From Candidatus Omnitrophota bacterium (GTDB lineage: Bacteria > Omnitrophota > Gorgyraeia > Tantalellales > Tantalellaceae): a stretch of DNA of 64,000 bases. Location: positions 3,989-67,988 of the forward strand of contig JBDRBG010000116.1 of the NCBI GenBank assembly GCA_043823005.1, in the 5' to 3' direction. Made by a program: the position numbers and the translations under genes. The notes beneath the pieces are model-generated. The model searched no databases, had not been told where the DNA came from, and saw nothing but the letters and a program-made list of their open reading frames with translations. This document shows positions 27,848 to 38,128 of the stretch, piece by piece (position 1 is the stretch's first letter; each line of letters opens with the position of its first letter).

Positions 27848-29578
27848 ATGGCTATATCACTTTCAAAAAAAATATGTGACATTCTTATTAAGAAAAAAAT
27901 CGTCACAGAAGAAGCTTTGAATAAAGCAAGGGCGCAGTGCGCCGAGAAAGGCGGCAGTCTAAGCGATATTCTTGTTAAGATGAACGCGGTTCCTAAAGAG
28001 GAACTATTGACAGCTATAAGTGACGAGGCCGGGTTTCCTCCTGTTAATCTTTCCAATTTCAACATTGAAGATGATGTTATCGCTCTTATTCCTAAAAAGT
28101 TCGCGGTTTCTTATAAAATAATTCCGGTATCACGCATGGGCACCCAGCTTACCGTGGCAATGGTCGATCCTCTTAATATATTCGCGATTGATGATCTTAA
28201 GCTTTTGACTCATCTGGAAATAAGTCCGGTCATTGCCTCTGAAGATGACATGGAAGAATCTTTGCGTAAGTATTATGAAAGATCCGCGCATGAAGAAATA
28301 AGTTCAATAGTCGAAGACATTGAAAGCGCTGAAATGGAAATGGTTCCCGAAGGCGAAGACATGTCCTCAACAGAACTTTTCAGGATAACACAGGAAACCC
28401 CGGTTGTGAAACTTGCCAATATGATACTGGGAAAAGCAGTCAAGGTCGGAGCGAGCGATATTTTAATAGAGCCAATGGAGGATGCCTCAAGAGTAAGGTA
28501 TAGGATAGACGGTACTTTGCGGGAGTTTTATTCTCCGCAGAAAAAATATCATCAGGCTATAATATCAAGAATTAAGGTCATGTCGAGTTTAGATATTGCT
28601 GAGCGGCGGTTACCTCAGGACGGACGGTTTTCTGTAAAGGTCGAAGACCGAAAAGTAGATTTTCGGATTTCTATTGTTCCGTCCAGTTTAGGCGAAAAAG
28701 CGGCTTTAAGGGTGCTTGACCAGCAACAGGCTACAATAGATATTGAGCGGCTGGGTTTTAATAAAAGAGACGTTAAAATAATAAAGGAGGCCGGAAGCTG
28801 TCCGCATGGCATGATTCTTATCTGCGGCCCTACCGGATGCGGAAAAACAACTACGCTTTATTCTCTTTTAAAAGATATCGATGATCCGACAAAAAATATT
28901 GTGACTGTTGAAGATCCGGTAGAATATGAACTTAAAGGGATAAACCAGGTAAGTATAAACGCGGAAATCGGGCTTACGTTTGCCGGTTGTTTAAGGTCCA
29001 TTTTGCGTCAGGATCCGGATGTTATAATGGTCGGAGAGATAAGGGATTTTGAGACGCTTGATGTCGCGATAAAATCAGCGTTAACCGGGCATGTTGTTTT
29101 AAGCACGCTTCACACAAACACTGCCGGCGGAGCGATTGTCCGGATGGTGAATATGGGAATAGAACCTTTTTTAATATCAGCTTCTGTCGAGCTAATTGCG
29201 GCTCAAAGATTATTACGGCTTTTGTGTCCGGAATGTAAAGAACCTTATAAGCCTTCGCGTCAGACAGCGGAAAAATACGGTCTCTTGAAAAATGAAGAAA
29301 TAATAAACATTTATAAACCTGTCGGATGTGATAGATGTATGAATAGCGGATATAAGGGCAGGGTAGGAATAATCGAGAGTCTGCGTCTTACTCCGGCGAT
29401 TAAGGATTTAATATTCAGAGGCGCAAGAGAATTTGAAATAGAACAAAAAGCCAGAGAAGAAGGTATGACCATGTTAAGGGAAAACGGGATAGAACATGTT
29501 ATCGCGGGAGAAGCATCACTGGAAGATGTGCTTTGTAGTACGGTTGAAAGTAAAAAAACAGGATCAGCAGAAAAATGA
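27848..29578 (+). CDS. pilB: Type IV pilus assembly ATPase PilB/GspE, paralog 1
   Basis: ASDILIEP, RLPQDGR, GPTGCGKTT, LRQDPD, CPEC/CDRC, GYKGR. Confidence 0.9.
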   Translation: MAISLSKKICDILIKKKIVTEEALNKARAQCAEKGGSLSDILVKMNAVPKEELLTAISDEAGFPPVNLSNFNIEDDVIALIPKKFAVSYKIIPVSRMGTQLTVAMVDPLNIFAIDDLKLLTHLEISPVIASEDDMEESLRKYYERSAHEEISSIVEDIESAEMEMVPEGEDMSSTELFRITQETPVVKLANMILGKAVKVGASDILIEPMEDASRVRYRIDGTLREFYSPQKKYHQAIISRIKVMSSLDIAERRLPQDGRFSVKVEDRKVDFRISIVPSSLGEKAALRVLDQQQATIDIERLGFNKRDVKIIKEAGSCPHGMILICGPTGCGKTTTLYSLLKDIDDPTKNIVTVEDPVEYELKGINQVSINAEIGLTFAGCLRSILRQDPDVIMVGEIRDFETLDVAIKSALTGHVVLSTLHTNTAGGAIVRMVNMGIEPFLISASVELIAAQRLLRLLCPECKEPYKPSRQTAEKYGLLKNEEIINIYKPVGCDRCMNSGYKGRVGIIESLRLTPAIKDLIFRGAREFEIEQKAREEGMTMLRENGIEHVIAGEASLEDVLCSTVESKKTGSAEK

Positions 29579-31284
29579 GAACCTTTTCCAAACAGAAAAT
29601 AGTAGAAGCTCTTATACAAAGCGGGTTTATATCAGAAAAAGAATTAGAGCCTATCTTAGCGGAAGCAATAAAGCAGAGAGAAGTTAGTCTGATAAAACTG
29701 CTTTCAGACAGTAATATTATGTCTGAAATAGATTTATTGACAGTTTTAAGTAAAGAAATGGATATTCCTCCGATCGATATTTTAAATGTAAGATTAAATC
29801 CTAAACTGATGGAAATCGTATCGGAAAGACTTATCAGGCGGCATTGTATTCTTCCGTTGTCAAAAATAGGAGACGAAATAACAATAGTTGCTGCTGATCC
29901 CAGCGATATATTTGCCATTGATGATGTAAGAACGGTTACAGGTTGTGATGTTGAGATTGTGCTGGCGGCAAGAAACGCTATTAATGACGCGATCAATGTG
30001 TTTTATTCTAAAGACGAAGAAGAACTTTCGACTATTATGGAAGAAGCCCGTGAATCAGGGGACGATGTAGAGGTAATGGGAGAAAAAGAGGGGATCGATA
30101 TAACAGGGATAGCGGAAGAGAGTAAAGCGGCTCCGATAGTTAAGATGGTTGATCTTATAATCGGTGAGGCTATAGAAAAAAAGGCAAGTGACATACATAT
30201 CGAACCGCAGGAAAAATCATTAAGGATAAGGTATCGTATAGACGGACAGCTTTATAACGCGTTTGATCTTCCTAAAAAAAATCAAAATGCTATACTCGCA
30301 AGGCTTAAGATTATGTCAAATCTTGATATTACAGAGACAAGGGTTCCGCAGGACGGCCGGTTTCGGATACGGCTGGGAGAAAAAGAAATAGATTTTAGGG
30401 TATCTTCACTGCCTCTTAATTATGGGAACAAGATGGTTTTACGAGCTCTGGATAAAGCTAATCTTTCTGTGGGGTTGGAAACCCTGGGTTTTTTGCCGGA
30501 ACCGCTTGCTGATTTCAAAGAGGCGCTTTCAAGGCCTTTTGGAATAATCCTGGTTACAGGCCCTACCGGAAGCGGAAAATCTACTACACTATATTCAATT
30601 CTTAATTCGATGAATGTTCCCGGAAGAAATATAGTGACTGTGGAGGATCCTGTTGAATATCAGGTCCAGGGTATAACGCAGATCGCGGCGCGTCCTGAAA
30701 TAGGTCTTGATTTTGCCAGCGGATTAAGAGCGATTTTAAGACAGAGCCCTGATACTATACTTGTAGGCGAGATAAGGGATTTTGAGACCGCTGATATAGC
30801 GATAAAAGCGTCGCTTACCGGTCAGATGGTACTTAGTACTCTTCATACGAATAACGCTGTGGGCGCGATAACAAGGCTCGTAAATATGGGTATAGAACCT
30901 TTTCTTGTAGCTTCCAGCCTTGTTATGGCATGCGCGCAAAGACTGTTAAGAAAGATATGTTCTAATTGTAAGGCGGAAGAAGACATCCCTGCAGATGTGT
31001 TGAAAAAAATAAGAAGCAAATATTCGGAAGCAGTCGGGGTTAATAAATTTTATCACGGAACGGGTTGTGAGCAGTGCCATAATACCGGGTATAAAGGAAG
31101 ATTAGGGACCCTGGAGACTCTTCTGATAGATGACGAGATAAAAGAAATGATAATAGCCCGCAAATCAGAAGAAGATATAAACGTTTATCTGAAAAAACAG
31201 GGAGCAATGACTCTTCGGGATAATGCTATGCGGAAATTTATAAGAGGATGGACAAGCCTGGAGGAAGTGTATCGGGTAACTTAA
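29575..31284 (+). CDS. pilB: Type IV pilus assembly ATPase PilB/GspE, paralog 2
   Basis: ASDIHIEP, PQDGR, GPTGSGKST, CSNC/CEQC, GYKGR; ATGA overlap with paralog 1. Confidence 0.9.
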   Translation: MRTFSKQKIVEALIQSGFISEKELEPILAEAIKQREVSLIKLLSDSNIMSEIDLLTVLSKEMDIPPIDILNVRLNPKLMEIVSERLIRRHCILPLSKIGDEITIVAADPSDIFAIDDVRTVTGCDVEIVLAARNAINDAINVFYSKDEEELSTIMEEARESGDDVEVMGEKEGIDITGIAEESKAAPIVKMVDLIIGEAIEKKASDIHIEPQEKSLRIRYRIDGQLYNAFDLPKKNQNAILARLKIMSNLDITETRVPQDGRFRIRLGEKEIDFRVSSLPLNYGNKMVLRALDKANLSVGLETLGFLPEPLADFKEALSRPFGIILVTGPTGSGKSTTLYSILNSMNVPGRNIVTVEDPVEYQVQGITQIAARPEIGLDFASGLRAILRQSPDTILVGEIRDFETADIAIKASLTGQMVLSTLHTNNAVGAITRLVNMGIEPFLVASSLVMACAQRLLRKICSNCKAEEDIPADVLKKIRSKYSEAVGVNKFYHGTGCEQCHNTGYKGRLGTLETLLIDDEIKEMIIARKSEEDINVYLKKQGAMTLRDNAMRKFIRGWTSLEEVYRVT

Positions 31285-31462
31285 TTAGTTGATAGTTGAT
31301 GGTTAGTTGGTTGATGGTTGTAAAATGGCGCGTAGGAGGGGTCTCCCGACCCCGAACAGGAATGTAATCGGTTTGTCGTCAGGAGACCCGCCAGAGGCGG
31401 GCAGGCTCCTATAGGGAATATTTAGACTGCTTGTACTAGGACATGTAAAAGAAGGGAAATAT

Positions 31463-32683
31463 ATGGGAAAATTTGTTTATACAGCAAAAGACAGTACAGG
31501 ACATACTCTTAAAGGCGAGCTTTTAGCGGCTGACAAGAAAAAAGCGCTTGATATTTTAAGAGAAAAAGGGCTTTTGGTCCTTAACCTTGAAGCGTTTAAG
31601 GAAAAATCAGCCATGTTTTCTTTTCTTAGCCTCACCTCAAAAAAAAAGATCGCAATGGAGGAACTTGTTATCTTTAGCCGGCAGATGGCGACAATGACAG
31701 GCGCGGGCATTACTATTGTGGATTCGCTTGATACACTGGCTGATCAAGTGGATAACCCTTCTTTACAGAAGATTCTTAAAGATATCAGAGATTCCGTAAA
31801 TACAGGAGCAAGCCTTTCTGAAGCCATGAGTAAATATACGGTAGTTTTTTCCGCGTATTTTGTTAATATGATCAAGGCCGGAGAATCCAGCGGTATGCTT
31901 GATGAAGTGCTTGAAAGAATATCTTCCTATATGGAAAAGACAAACGCTTTACAGAAAAAGATTAAAACAGCTATGGTCTATCCTTCGATTGTTTCATTAA
32001 TGGCTGTAGGAATAACGCTTGTTATGATTTTAAAAGTTATTCCTGTTTTTAAGGATATGTTCTCCGGGTTTGGCGCAGCGCTGCCTGCTCCGACTATGTT
32101 TTTAATAAATCTAAGTGACGCGATGAGGCATTATTTTGTTTTTTTTGTCGTCGGATTTGTTATATTCGGAGTGATTGTTAAGCGATATACCCGGACTGAA
32201 AAGGGCCAAACAGTTATTGATGGCTTGAAACTAAAGATGCCTGTTTTTGGGGAATTATTTAAAAGGGTCGCGATAAGTAAATTTACAAGGACATTAAGTA
32301 CCTTAATGAAAAGCGGTGTTCCCATTCTTACTGCTCTTGAAATAGTCGCGAAAACAGCGGGCAATCGGGTTGTCGAGAAGTCCATTAATACAGTAAGAGA
32401 CAGTGTGCGTGAAGGGGAAAGCATTTCAAGTCCTATGGCAAAAAGCGGTATTTTTCCGCCTCTTGTTACCCGTATGGTAGCAGTAGGTGAAAAAAGCGGC
32501 GAACTTGAAACCATGCTTATAAAAATAGCTGATTTTTATGATGAACAGGTTGATGCCATTGTAGACGGGCTTACAAGTCTTATTGAACCTCTTATTATAG
32601 CTTTTTTAGGTATTGTGATAGGAGGTATAGTTATTTCTATGTTTTTGCCGATATTTCAGATATCGAGTCTAGTCAATATGTAA
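31463..32683 (+). CDS. pilC: Type IV pilus platform protein PilC/GspF
   Basis: FSRQMATM, GESSGML, YPSIV, GEKSGEL, LIEP. Confidence 0.92.
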   Translation: MGKFVYTAKDSTGHTLKGELLAADKKKALDILREKGLLVLNLEAFKEKSAMFSFLSLTSKKKIAMEELVIFSRQMATMTGAGITIVDSLDTLADQVDNPSLQKILKDIRDSVNTGASLSEAMSKYTVVFSAYFVNMIKAGESSGMLDEVLERISSYMEKTNALQKKIKTAMVYPSIVSLMAVGITLVMILKVIPVFKDMFSGFGAALPAPTMFLINLSDAMRHYFVFFVVGFVIFGVIVKRYTRTEKGQTVIDGLKLKMPVFGELFKRVAISKFTRTLSTLMKSGVPILTALEIVAKTAGNRVVEKSINTVRDSVREGESISSPMAKSGIFPPLVTRMVAVGEKSGELETMLIKIADFYDEQVDAIVDGLTSLIEPLIIAFLGIVIGGIVISMFLPIFQISSLVNM

Positions 32684-32862
32684 AAAAGGTTCTATGGGAT
32701 TATATGGACGTGGATATGTAAAAAGCCAGAAATGCCTGTTTTTTTAACTTTAAAAAAGAGACGTTTTAAATATTTGCTCTTAAGGAAAATGATGGGTATA
32801 CTTAAAGTGGAAGGGTATAAGAAGATCTTTCCAAAAATATTACAAAAAAGGAGGTGAGAACA

Positions 32863-33225
32863 ATGAAGATACAAAAATTATTGGGTAAAAAGGGTTTCAC
32901 GCTTGTTGAAATAATGATAGTTGTGGCAATTATAGGTCTATTGGCTGCTATAGCCATTCCAAATTTCGTGAAGGCCCAGGCAACAGCCCAGGAAAAAGCA
33001 TGTATAGCGAATCTAAAGCAAATAGACGGAGCTAAAACTTTATATGCGCTGGATAACAACGTGGCTTCAGGAGGTGCCTGTGCAATGTCGAATCTGGTCA
33101 CAGACTATATAAAGTCAACTCCGCAATGTCCTGCCGGAGGCGCTGATACTGACTATACTCCGGGTGTGATTGGAACAACAGATCCGGTATGTACAATTAA
33201 CGGAACGGATCATGTATTGCCATAA
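32863..33225 (+). CDS. Type IVa pilin (probable major pilin)
   Basis: KG|FTLVEIMIVVAIIGLLAAIAIPNF, strong RBS AAGGAGGTG, downstream hairpin. Confidence 0.88.
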   Translation: MKIQKLLGKKGFTLVEIMIVVAIIGLLAAIAIPNFVKAQATAQEKACIANLKQIDGAKTLYALDNNVASGGACAMSNLVTDYIKSTPQCPAGGADTDYTPGVIGTTDPVCTINGTDHVLP

Positions 33226-33248
33226 TAAGTAGCGGGCATTTCAACAAG

Positions 33249-33298
33249 AATGACAAAAAGAGGCAAATATGTTTAATAATTGCCTCTTTTTTGTCATT
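33249..33298 (+). terminator. Hairpin/terminator after pilin
   Basis: AATGACAAAAAGAGGCAA ... TTGCCTCTTTTTTGTCATT. Confidence 0.6.
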
Positions 33299-33334
33299 AG
33301 GAATAAGAAGTAAAATGACATTTTACTGTGCCGT

Positions 33335-33550
33335 TCAGGCTGTGTTGCAACGTCTTTGTGAGGGTAGCGAAGCGACCGCGGCAATCTCTCCCGCGTCTTT
33401 GCGGAGGAGTGAAACGACTGAAGCATCTCTATAATATGGTTCCCCCATAACATTTATATTATTACTGCTATCAAGATTGCTTCGCTATGCTCGCAAAGAC
33501 GAAGAGAAATTGAGATTATCCAGTCTGTTGCGGACAAAGTGAAGCAATCC
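33335..33550. repeat. REP cluster with TCAGGCTGTGTTGCAA end
   Basis: Same end and AT-rich spacer family as 20434-20605 and 26054-26214. Confidence 0.7.
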
Positions 33551-33738
33551 GGCTTCTCTTAAAGACCTAGTAGCGGCTTTTTTATAGCTGAACTATTACG
33601 ATAACAAAGAGATAAATATTTTTCATAAGAATCTTTTTTGTATTTATTTTGATTTAATTGGATTTTTTTGAAATAATATGGCATATATTGTTTAGTAAAT
33701 AATATTATTGGCTCTAAAATTCAACAAGGAGAATTTCA

Positions 33739-34074
33739 ATGAAGGGTAGGGGATTTACTCTGGTTGAGATCATGATCGTTACTGCTATTATTGGGATAGT
33801 AGCGGCAGTGGTTGTTTTTAACACGACAAAAGCGGCTGAAATAGCGCAATCCAAGACATGTATAGCAAATCTCAGACAGCTTTACGGTGCAAAGATGATG
33901 TGGGCAGCGGATAACGGCAAGATTTCGGGGGATGTCTGTATTATGTCAGACATAGTTTCTGATTATTTAAAATCTACGCCTTCTTGTCCTTCCGGAGGCA
34001 ATTATACTATCGGCAATGTGGGGACAACGCCTGCTTGCAGTTTAGAATCAGGAGATGATCATAAAGTCTTTTGA
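33739..34074 (+). CDS. Second type IV pilin, paralog of 32863
   Basis: RG|FTLVEIMIV, shared CIANL.Q..GAK and KSTP.CP.GG; lacks Pro22. Confidence 0.85.
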   Translation: MKGRGFTLVEIMIVTAIIGIVAAVVVFNTTKAAEIAQSKTCIANLRQLYGAKMMWAADNGKISGDVCIMSDIVSDYLKSTPSCPSGGNYTIGNVGTTPACSLESGDDHKVF

Positions 34075-34167
34075 TGCTGTCGGCTTTTTATATCCAATTA
34101 AAGAAAATGATATTAGATTTTTATGTTTCATTTGCATTCGGAGTTAACCGGGGAATGAAAGATCGGT

Positions 34168-36039
34168 TTGATTATGTATAGACAAAAAACTGTTTTTTTG
34201 ATCATATTACTTTTGTTCGCGGCATCATTTGTATGTTATTCAAATATGCTTCATGCGGACTTTGTCTGGGATGATGAATTTTTAGTTGTGAGAAATTCGT
34301 TGATACGCGTTCCTTTGTGGTCATTTCAATTTTTTAAACAGGATATTTTAAATACAGGATTTACTCATTCTCTTTATTACCGCCCTGTACAGATCTTAAG
34401 TTACGCGATAGATTACCGTTTATGGGGACTTAACCCTTTTGGTTTTCATCTCTCAAATATAATACTTCATTTTATTAACGGAGTATTATTATTTTTTTTG
34501 GTTTTCAAACTTACGCGGAGTGAGTTTACAGCGTTTTTTTCTTCTCTTTTTTTTATAATCCATCCGATACAAACAGGCGCGGTTTCTTATGTTTCAGGCA
34601 GGGGTGAACTTCTGTTTTTTCTGTTTGGTTTTCTGTATATGCGGTTATATCTTTGTTTTAAAGATAAAAAGAATTATTTCCTTTTTGTTTTAAGTTTGTT
34701 TTTTCTCACGCTTTCTTTTCTTTGCAAAGAAGCCGCTATTATTTTTCCTGTACTACTTTTTTTGATCGGCAGACTTTTTTTAAAAGAAAAAAAATTAAGA
34801 GCTATGAAGTTTCAGGCGCCCGGATTTATTCTTGCGGGATTATATGTGATCGCTCGTTATTTTTTTGGACACGGACAATTGCGATTTTTAAAGGGTATTG
34901 ACATTAAAGAGGTTTTGTTTAAATATTTTATAATGGTTAAAGAACTTTGGGGCCTTATTCTTTATCCCGGAGATCTTCACATGAGAAGGGAGCTTATCTT
35001 TAACAATATTTATACGATAATTTTTTTCTGTTTTTTTCTTTTTAGCGGGATTGTTTTTTATAGACAAAAAAAAGAAAGAAACATATTGTTGTTTTCATTC
35101 ATTTTTTATCTTACAGGTCTTGTTCCATTCGTGTTTTCATTCGGAAGTTTTAATGTTTTTGCCGAACACTGGGCTTATTTGCCCGGATGCGGAATATTTT
35201 TATTTATAGCCTTTGAGATCTCAAAGATGCTTGAGAAGAATAGACGTTTCTATAAAATTTTTGCCGCTACGGGTATATTTTTTATAGTTTTTTTATCAGC
35301 ATTAAGCACAAGGGAATATAATGAATTCTGGAAAGACGACAGTTCTCTCAGTAATAGGATTTTAAGTTTTTCTGATCAGGACGATTCCGCGATGTATTAT
35401 AGGATATTGTCTGCGCGGGATAGCGGCAAAAAGGACGAGGTTTTCGAAAGGATGCGGGAATACGCGGAGAGTTATCCCGATGATCCGGCAGTCTGGTATA
35501 TAAAAGGAAGAAATACTCTTGCAATGGGAGATGTCGATGCCGCGGAAAAAGATTTTGAAAAAGTTTTTAATATAGCGCCGGGATATGTTGAAGGCTATAT
35601 GGGGCTTGCTTTGATCGAGTTTGCGCGAGGCCGTAACAGTGAAGGTATCTGTTATCTTGAAAAGCTGGTAAGCGTAAATTCAAAAAACAGTGAAGCGTTG
35701 CTTCGGTTAGGAACAGCTTATTATTCGGAAGGAAAAACAGAAGAAGCGTTTAAAGCTATGCGTAAAGCCGGTGAAATTAACGCGTATGATTATAATTATC
35801 TGGTAAACATGGGGTCTCTGCGCGCTAGAGAAGGAGAGCTTCAAGAAGCAATAAAATTGTTTTTACGGGCTATAAAGATATATCCGAATGTTCCCCTGGT
35901 TCATTATAATATGGGGGAAGTTTTTCGTTCTGTCGGAGAAAAAAAAGAAGCGAAAAAATGGTTTCAAAAAACAATAATGATAGACGCGAATTTTTCTCCG
36001 GCAATACAGGCGCTTCAGGAAATGGCAAACAGTGAATAG
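34168..36039 (+). CDS. GT-C (TMTC-like) membrane glycosyltransferase with C-terminal TPRs
   Basis: DFVWDD, YYRP, GFHLSNIILH, HPIQTGAVSYVSGR, CKE; many TMs followed by TPR repeats. Confidence 0.75.
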   Translation: MIMYRQKTVFLIILLLFAASFVCYSNMLHADFVWDDEFLVVRNSLIRVPLWSFQFFKQDILNTGFTHSLYYRPVQILSYAIDYRLWGLNPFGFHLSNIILHFINGVLLFFLVFKLTRSEFTAFFSSLFFIIHPIQTGAVSYVSGRGELLFFLFGFLYMRLYLCFKDKKNYFLFVLSLFFLTLSFLCKEAAIIFPVLLFLIGRLFLKEKKLRAMKFQAPGFILAGLYVIARYFFGHGQLRFLKGIDIKEVLFKYFIMVKELWGLILYPGDLHMRRELIFNNIYTIIFFCFFLFSGIVFYRQKKERNILLFSFIFYLTGLVPFVFSFGSFNVFAEHWAYLPGCGIFLFIAFEISKMLEKNRRFYKIFAATGIFFIVFLSALSTREYNEFWKDDSSLSNRILSFSDQDDSAMYYRILSARDSGKKDEVFERMREYAESYPDDPAVWYIKGRNTLAMGDVDAAEKDFEKVFNIAPGYVEGYMGLALIEFARGRNSEGICYLEKLVSVNSKNSEALLRLGTAYYSEGKTEEAFKAMRKAGEINAYDYNYLVNMGSLRAREGELQEAIKLFLRAIKIYPNVPLVHYNMGEVFRSVGEKKEAKKWFQKTIMIDANFSPAIQALQEMANSE

Positions 36040-36138
36040 GGTTGACAGTTGACGGTTAGTTGGTTGATGTTTAAGGGGAAAGGTTCTTGACGGGTAAACA
36101 GTCAACGAACCAACGGTCAACCGTCAACAAACCGGTGA
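36040..36138. repeat. Inverted GTTGA/TCAAC array, copy 2
   Basis: Near-identical to 23619-23717. Confidence 0.85.
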
Positions 36139-36149
36139 ATAGGGAATAG

Positions 36150-36292
36150 TGTCTTGTCCTAAAAATAGAGGAAGGGAGATTGCCGGCTTGTAGCCCGCAA
36201 TGACAGAAGGGGGTCGTCATTGCGAAGGCCGAGCCAGCCGAGGCCTGTGGCAATCTGTTATGTAAAAGTGTTTAATTTTTAATAACGATACA
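36150..36292. mobile_element. MITE-like element, TGT...ACA type, carrying an inverted REP pair
   Basis: TGTCTTGTCCTAAAAA ... AAAAGTGTTTAATTTTTAATAACGATACA. Confidence 0.55.
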
Positions 36293-36340
36293 AGGTGCAA
36301 AGATGCTTGATTTTTTTTAACATCTAATCCAGTCTTAACC

Positions 36341-36369
36341 TTGACAACGTTAAATGGATATGATAATCT
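36341..36369 (+). promoter_or_regulatory. Sigma70 promoter of pilMNOPQ
   Basis: TTGACA-17 bp-TAATCT with TG extended -10. Confidence 0.55.
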
Positions 36370-36440
36370 CTCATTAAGATTAATATATATATAACTATAT
36401 TATTAATTTAAACTTATAAATATTTAGCTCGGCATTAATT

Positions 36441-37460
36441 ATGATAAAATTGGGCAATATAAAACAATCTTCAGTAGGGCTTGATATCGGCACTAATTCA
36501 GTCAAAATTGCTTGTTTGCGGAAAAATGCTGATAAAAATACGCTTCTTGGGTATAACATAAAAAATCTGCCGTTTGATATTAAACCTGATCATGTAATAG
36601 ATGTTGTGAGGGAGGCTTTTGAGGAAATCGAGCTTAGTCCCGATGAGATAAATCTGTCCATATCAGGGCCGGAAGTTATTGTGAGATTTGTTGATCTTCC
36701 TAAAATGACCAAAGAACAGCTTGAAAGCGCGCTTGTGTTTGAAGCTGAAAAATATATTCCTTTTAATATTAACGACGTTATGCTTGATTTTATCATTCTC
36801 GGGGATTCAAGTGAACCCGGACAAATGAAAGTGCTTTTGGCGGCCGCGAAAAAGGAAGCTATAAATTCACGTTTATCAATGGCGGAAAATCTGGGGATGG
36901 CAGTAAATCTTCTTGATATTAACTCTTTCGCGATGTTTAACGCGTTTCTCGCGTCTAATCAGGAGGATTTAGATGGAAAAGGTATAGCGTTTTTTGACCT
37001 GGGATATTCAGATACAAATGTTATTATATCAACGGGTAAAGTCCCGAGTTTTATGAGGTTAATACAAATAGGGACTAAGGATATAATTTCCGCGATGAGC
37101 CGTAATTTGTCTATTCCGATTGATCAGGTTGATGCTTTGATGATGGGGAAAGATGAAGCTTCAAATAATTCAATAAGGGAAGGGGCTGGTTCTATTTTAG
37201 ATGATCTGGTAAATGAGATGCAGCTTTCTTTTGGATATTTTGAGAATAGAAGTAATATCGCGGTTAAAGAGGTTTTTTGTTCCGGAGGAATGGTACATCA
37301 ACAGGTTGCGCTGGATTATTTGAGTCAGAAATTAGAGGTAACACTTAAAAAGTGGAACCCGTTGGAAGGACTTATATTGTCGGAAAGTCTTTCCGGCGAA
37401 GATCTGGAAAAAGCTGCTTCACAACTTGCTGTAGCTGTGGGGTTAGCTCTAAGGGATTGA
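36441..37460 (+). CDS. pilM: Type IV pilus assembly protein PilM
   Basis: VGLDIGTNSVK, FEAEKYIPF, LLAAAKK, AVAVGLALR. Confidence 0.9.
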   Translation: MIKLGNIKQSSVGLDIGTNSVKIACLRKNADKNTLLGYNIKNLPFDIKPDHVIDVVREAFEEIELSPDEINLSISGPEVIVRFVDLPKMTKEQLESALVFEAEKYIPFNINDVMLDFIILGDSSEPGQMKVLLAAAKKEAINSRLSMAENLGMAVNLLDINSFAMFNAFLASNQEDLDGKGIAFFDLGYSDTNVIISTGKVPSFMRLIQIGTKDIISAMSRNLSIPIDQVDALMMGKDEASNNSIREGAGSILDDLVNEMQLSFGYFENRSNIAVKEVFCSGGMVHQQVALDYLSQKLEVTLKKWNPLEGLILSESLSGEDLEKAASQLAVAVGLALRD

Positions 37461-37486
37461 TATTTTTTATAATTTTATAATATTCA

Positions 37487-38119
37487 ATGATAGAACTTAA
37501 TCTGCTTCCAAAAGAGTTTCGCAAAAAAAAACAGGCTTCCAATCAGTTGACTGAGATACCTGTAGTTGTCATATCCGCGTGTATAGTAGTTTTTGTTGTG
37601 TTGATTCATATTCTATTGGTTTTTTTTGACGCAAGGAACAATGCTGTCTTGAAAAAACTGGAGCAAAGATGGGATCAAATACAGCCTCAAAGTAAAGAAA
37701 CAGAAGAACTATCCAGAAATATTGTCTCTATTGAAAAAAAAGTTATTGCTATTCGGGAAATAGCAAAACCCGGTTTTAGTTGGGCGCGGGTATTAAGCGG
37801 GTTGAATGAGAGTATAATTGACGATATATGGCTTTCAGGATTTGATCTTAGTTTTTCAAGAGGAAAAGGATCAGCTCAGGACCTGCCAAGCGCAGTTAAT
37901 CTTACAGGGTACGCGTTTAGTGAAACGGAAAAAGCTACTTCCCGTGTCGCGAAATTTATTGCCAGTTTGAAAAACAATGAAGATTTTTCGCGATATTTTG
38001 AAGATATTGAAGTGCAGAACATAAGGAATACTGAATTTGCTAAGACCGAGGTTATGATATTCAGGTTGATTTGCCGGGTTAAATCAATAGATATTGTTTC
38101 GATTAAAGGTGAAAAATAA
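37487..38119 (+). CDS. pilN: PilN-like protein
   Basis: N-terminal IELNLLP, TM, coiled coil, IWL; follows pilM. Confidence 0.85.
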   Translation: MIELNLLPKEFRKKKQASNQLTEIPVVVISACIVVFVVLIHILLVFFDARNNAVLKKLEQRWDQIQPQSKETEELSRNIVSIEKKVIAIREIAKPGFSWARVLSGLNESIIDDIWLSGFDLSFSRGKGSAQDLPSAVNLTGYAFSETEKATSRVAKFIASLKNNEDFSRYFEDIEVQNIRNTEFAKTEVMIFRLICRVKSIDIVSIKGEK

Positions 38120-38128
38120 AAAGTAAAA

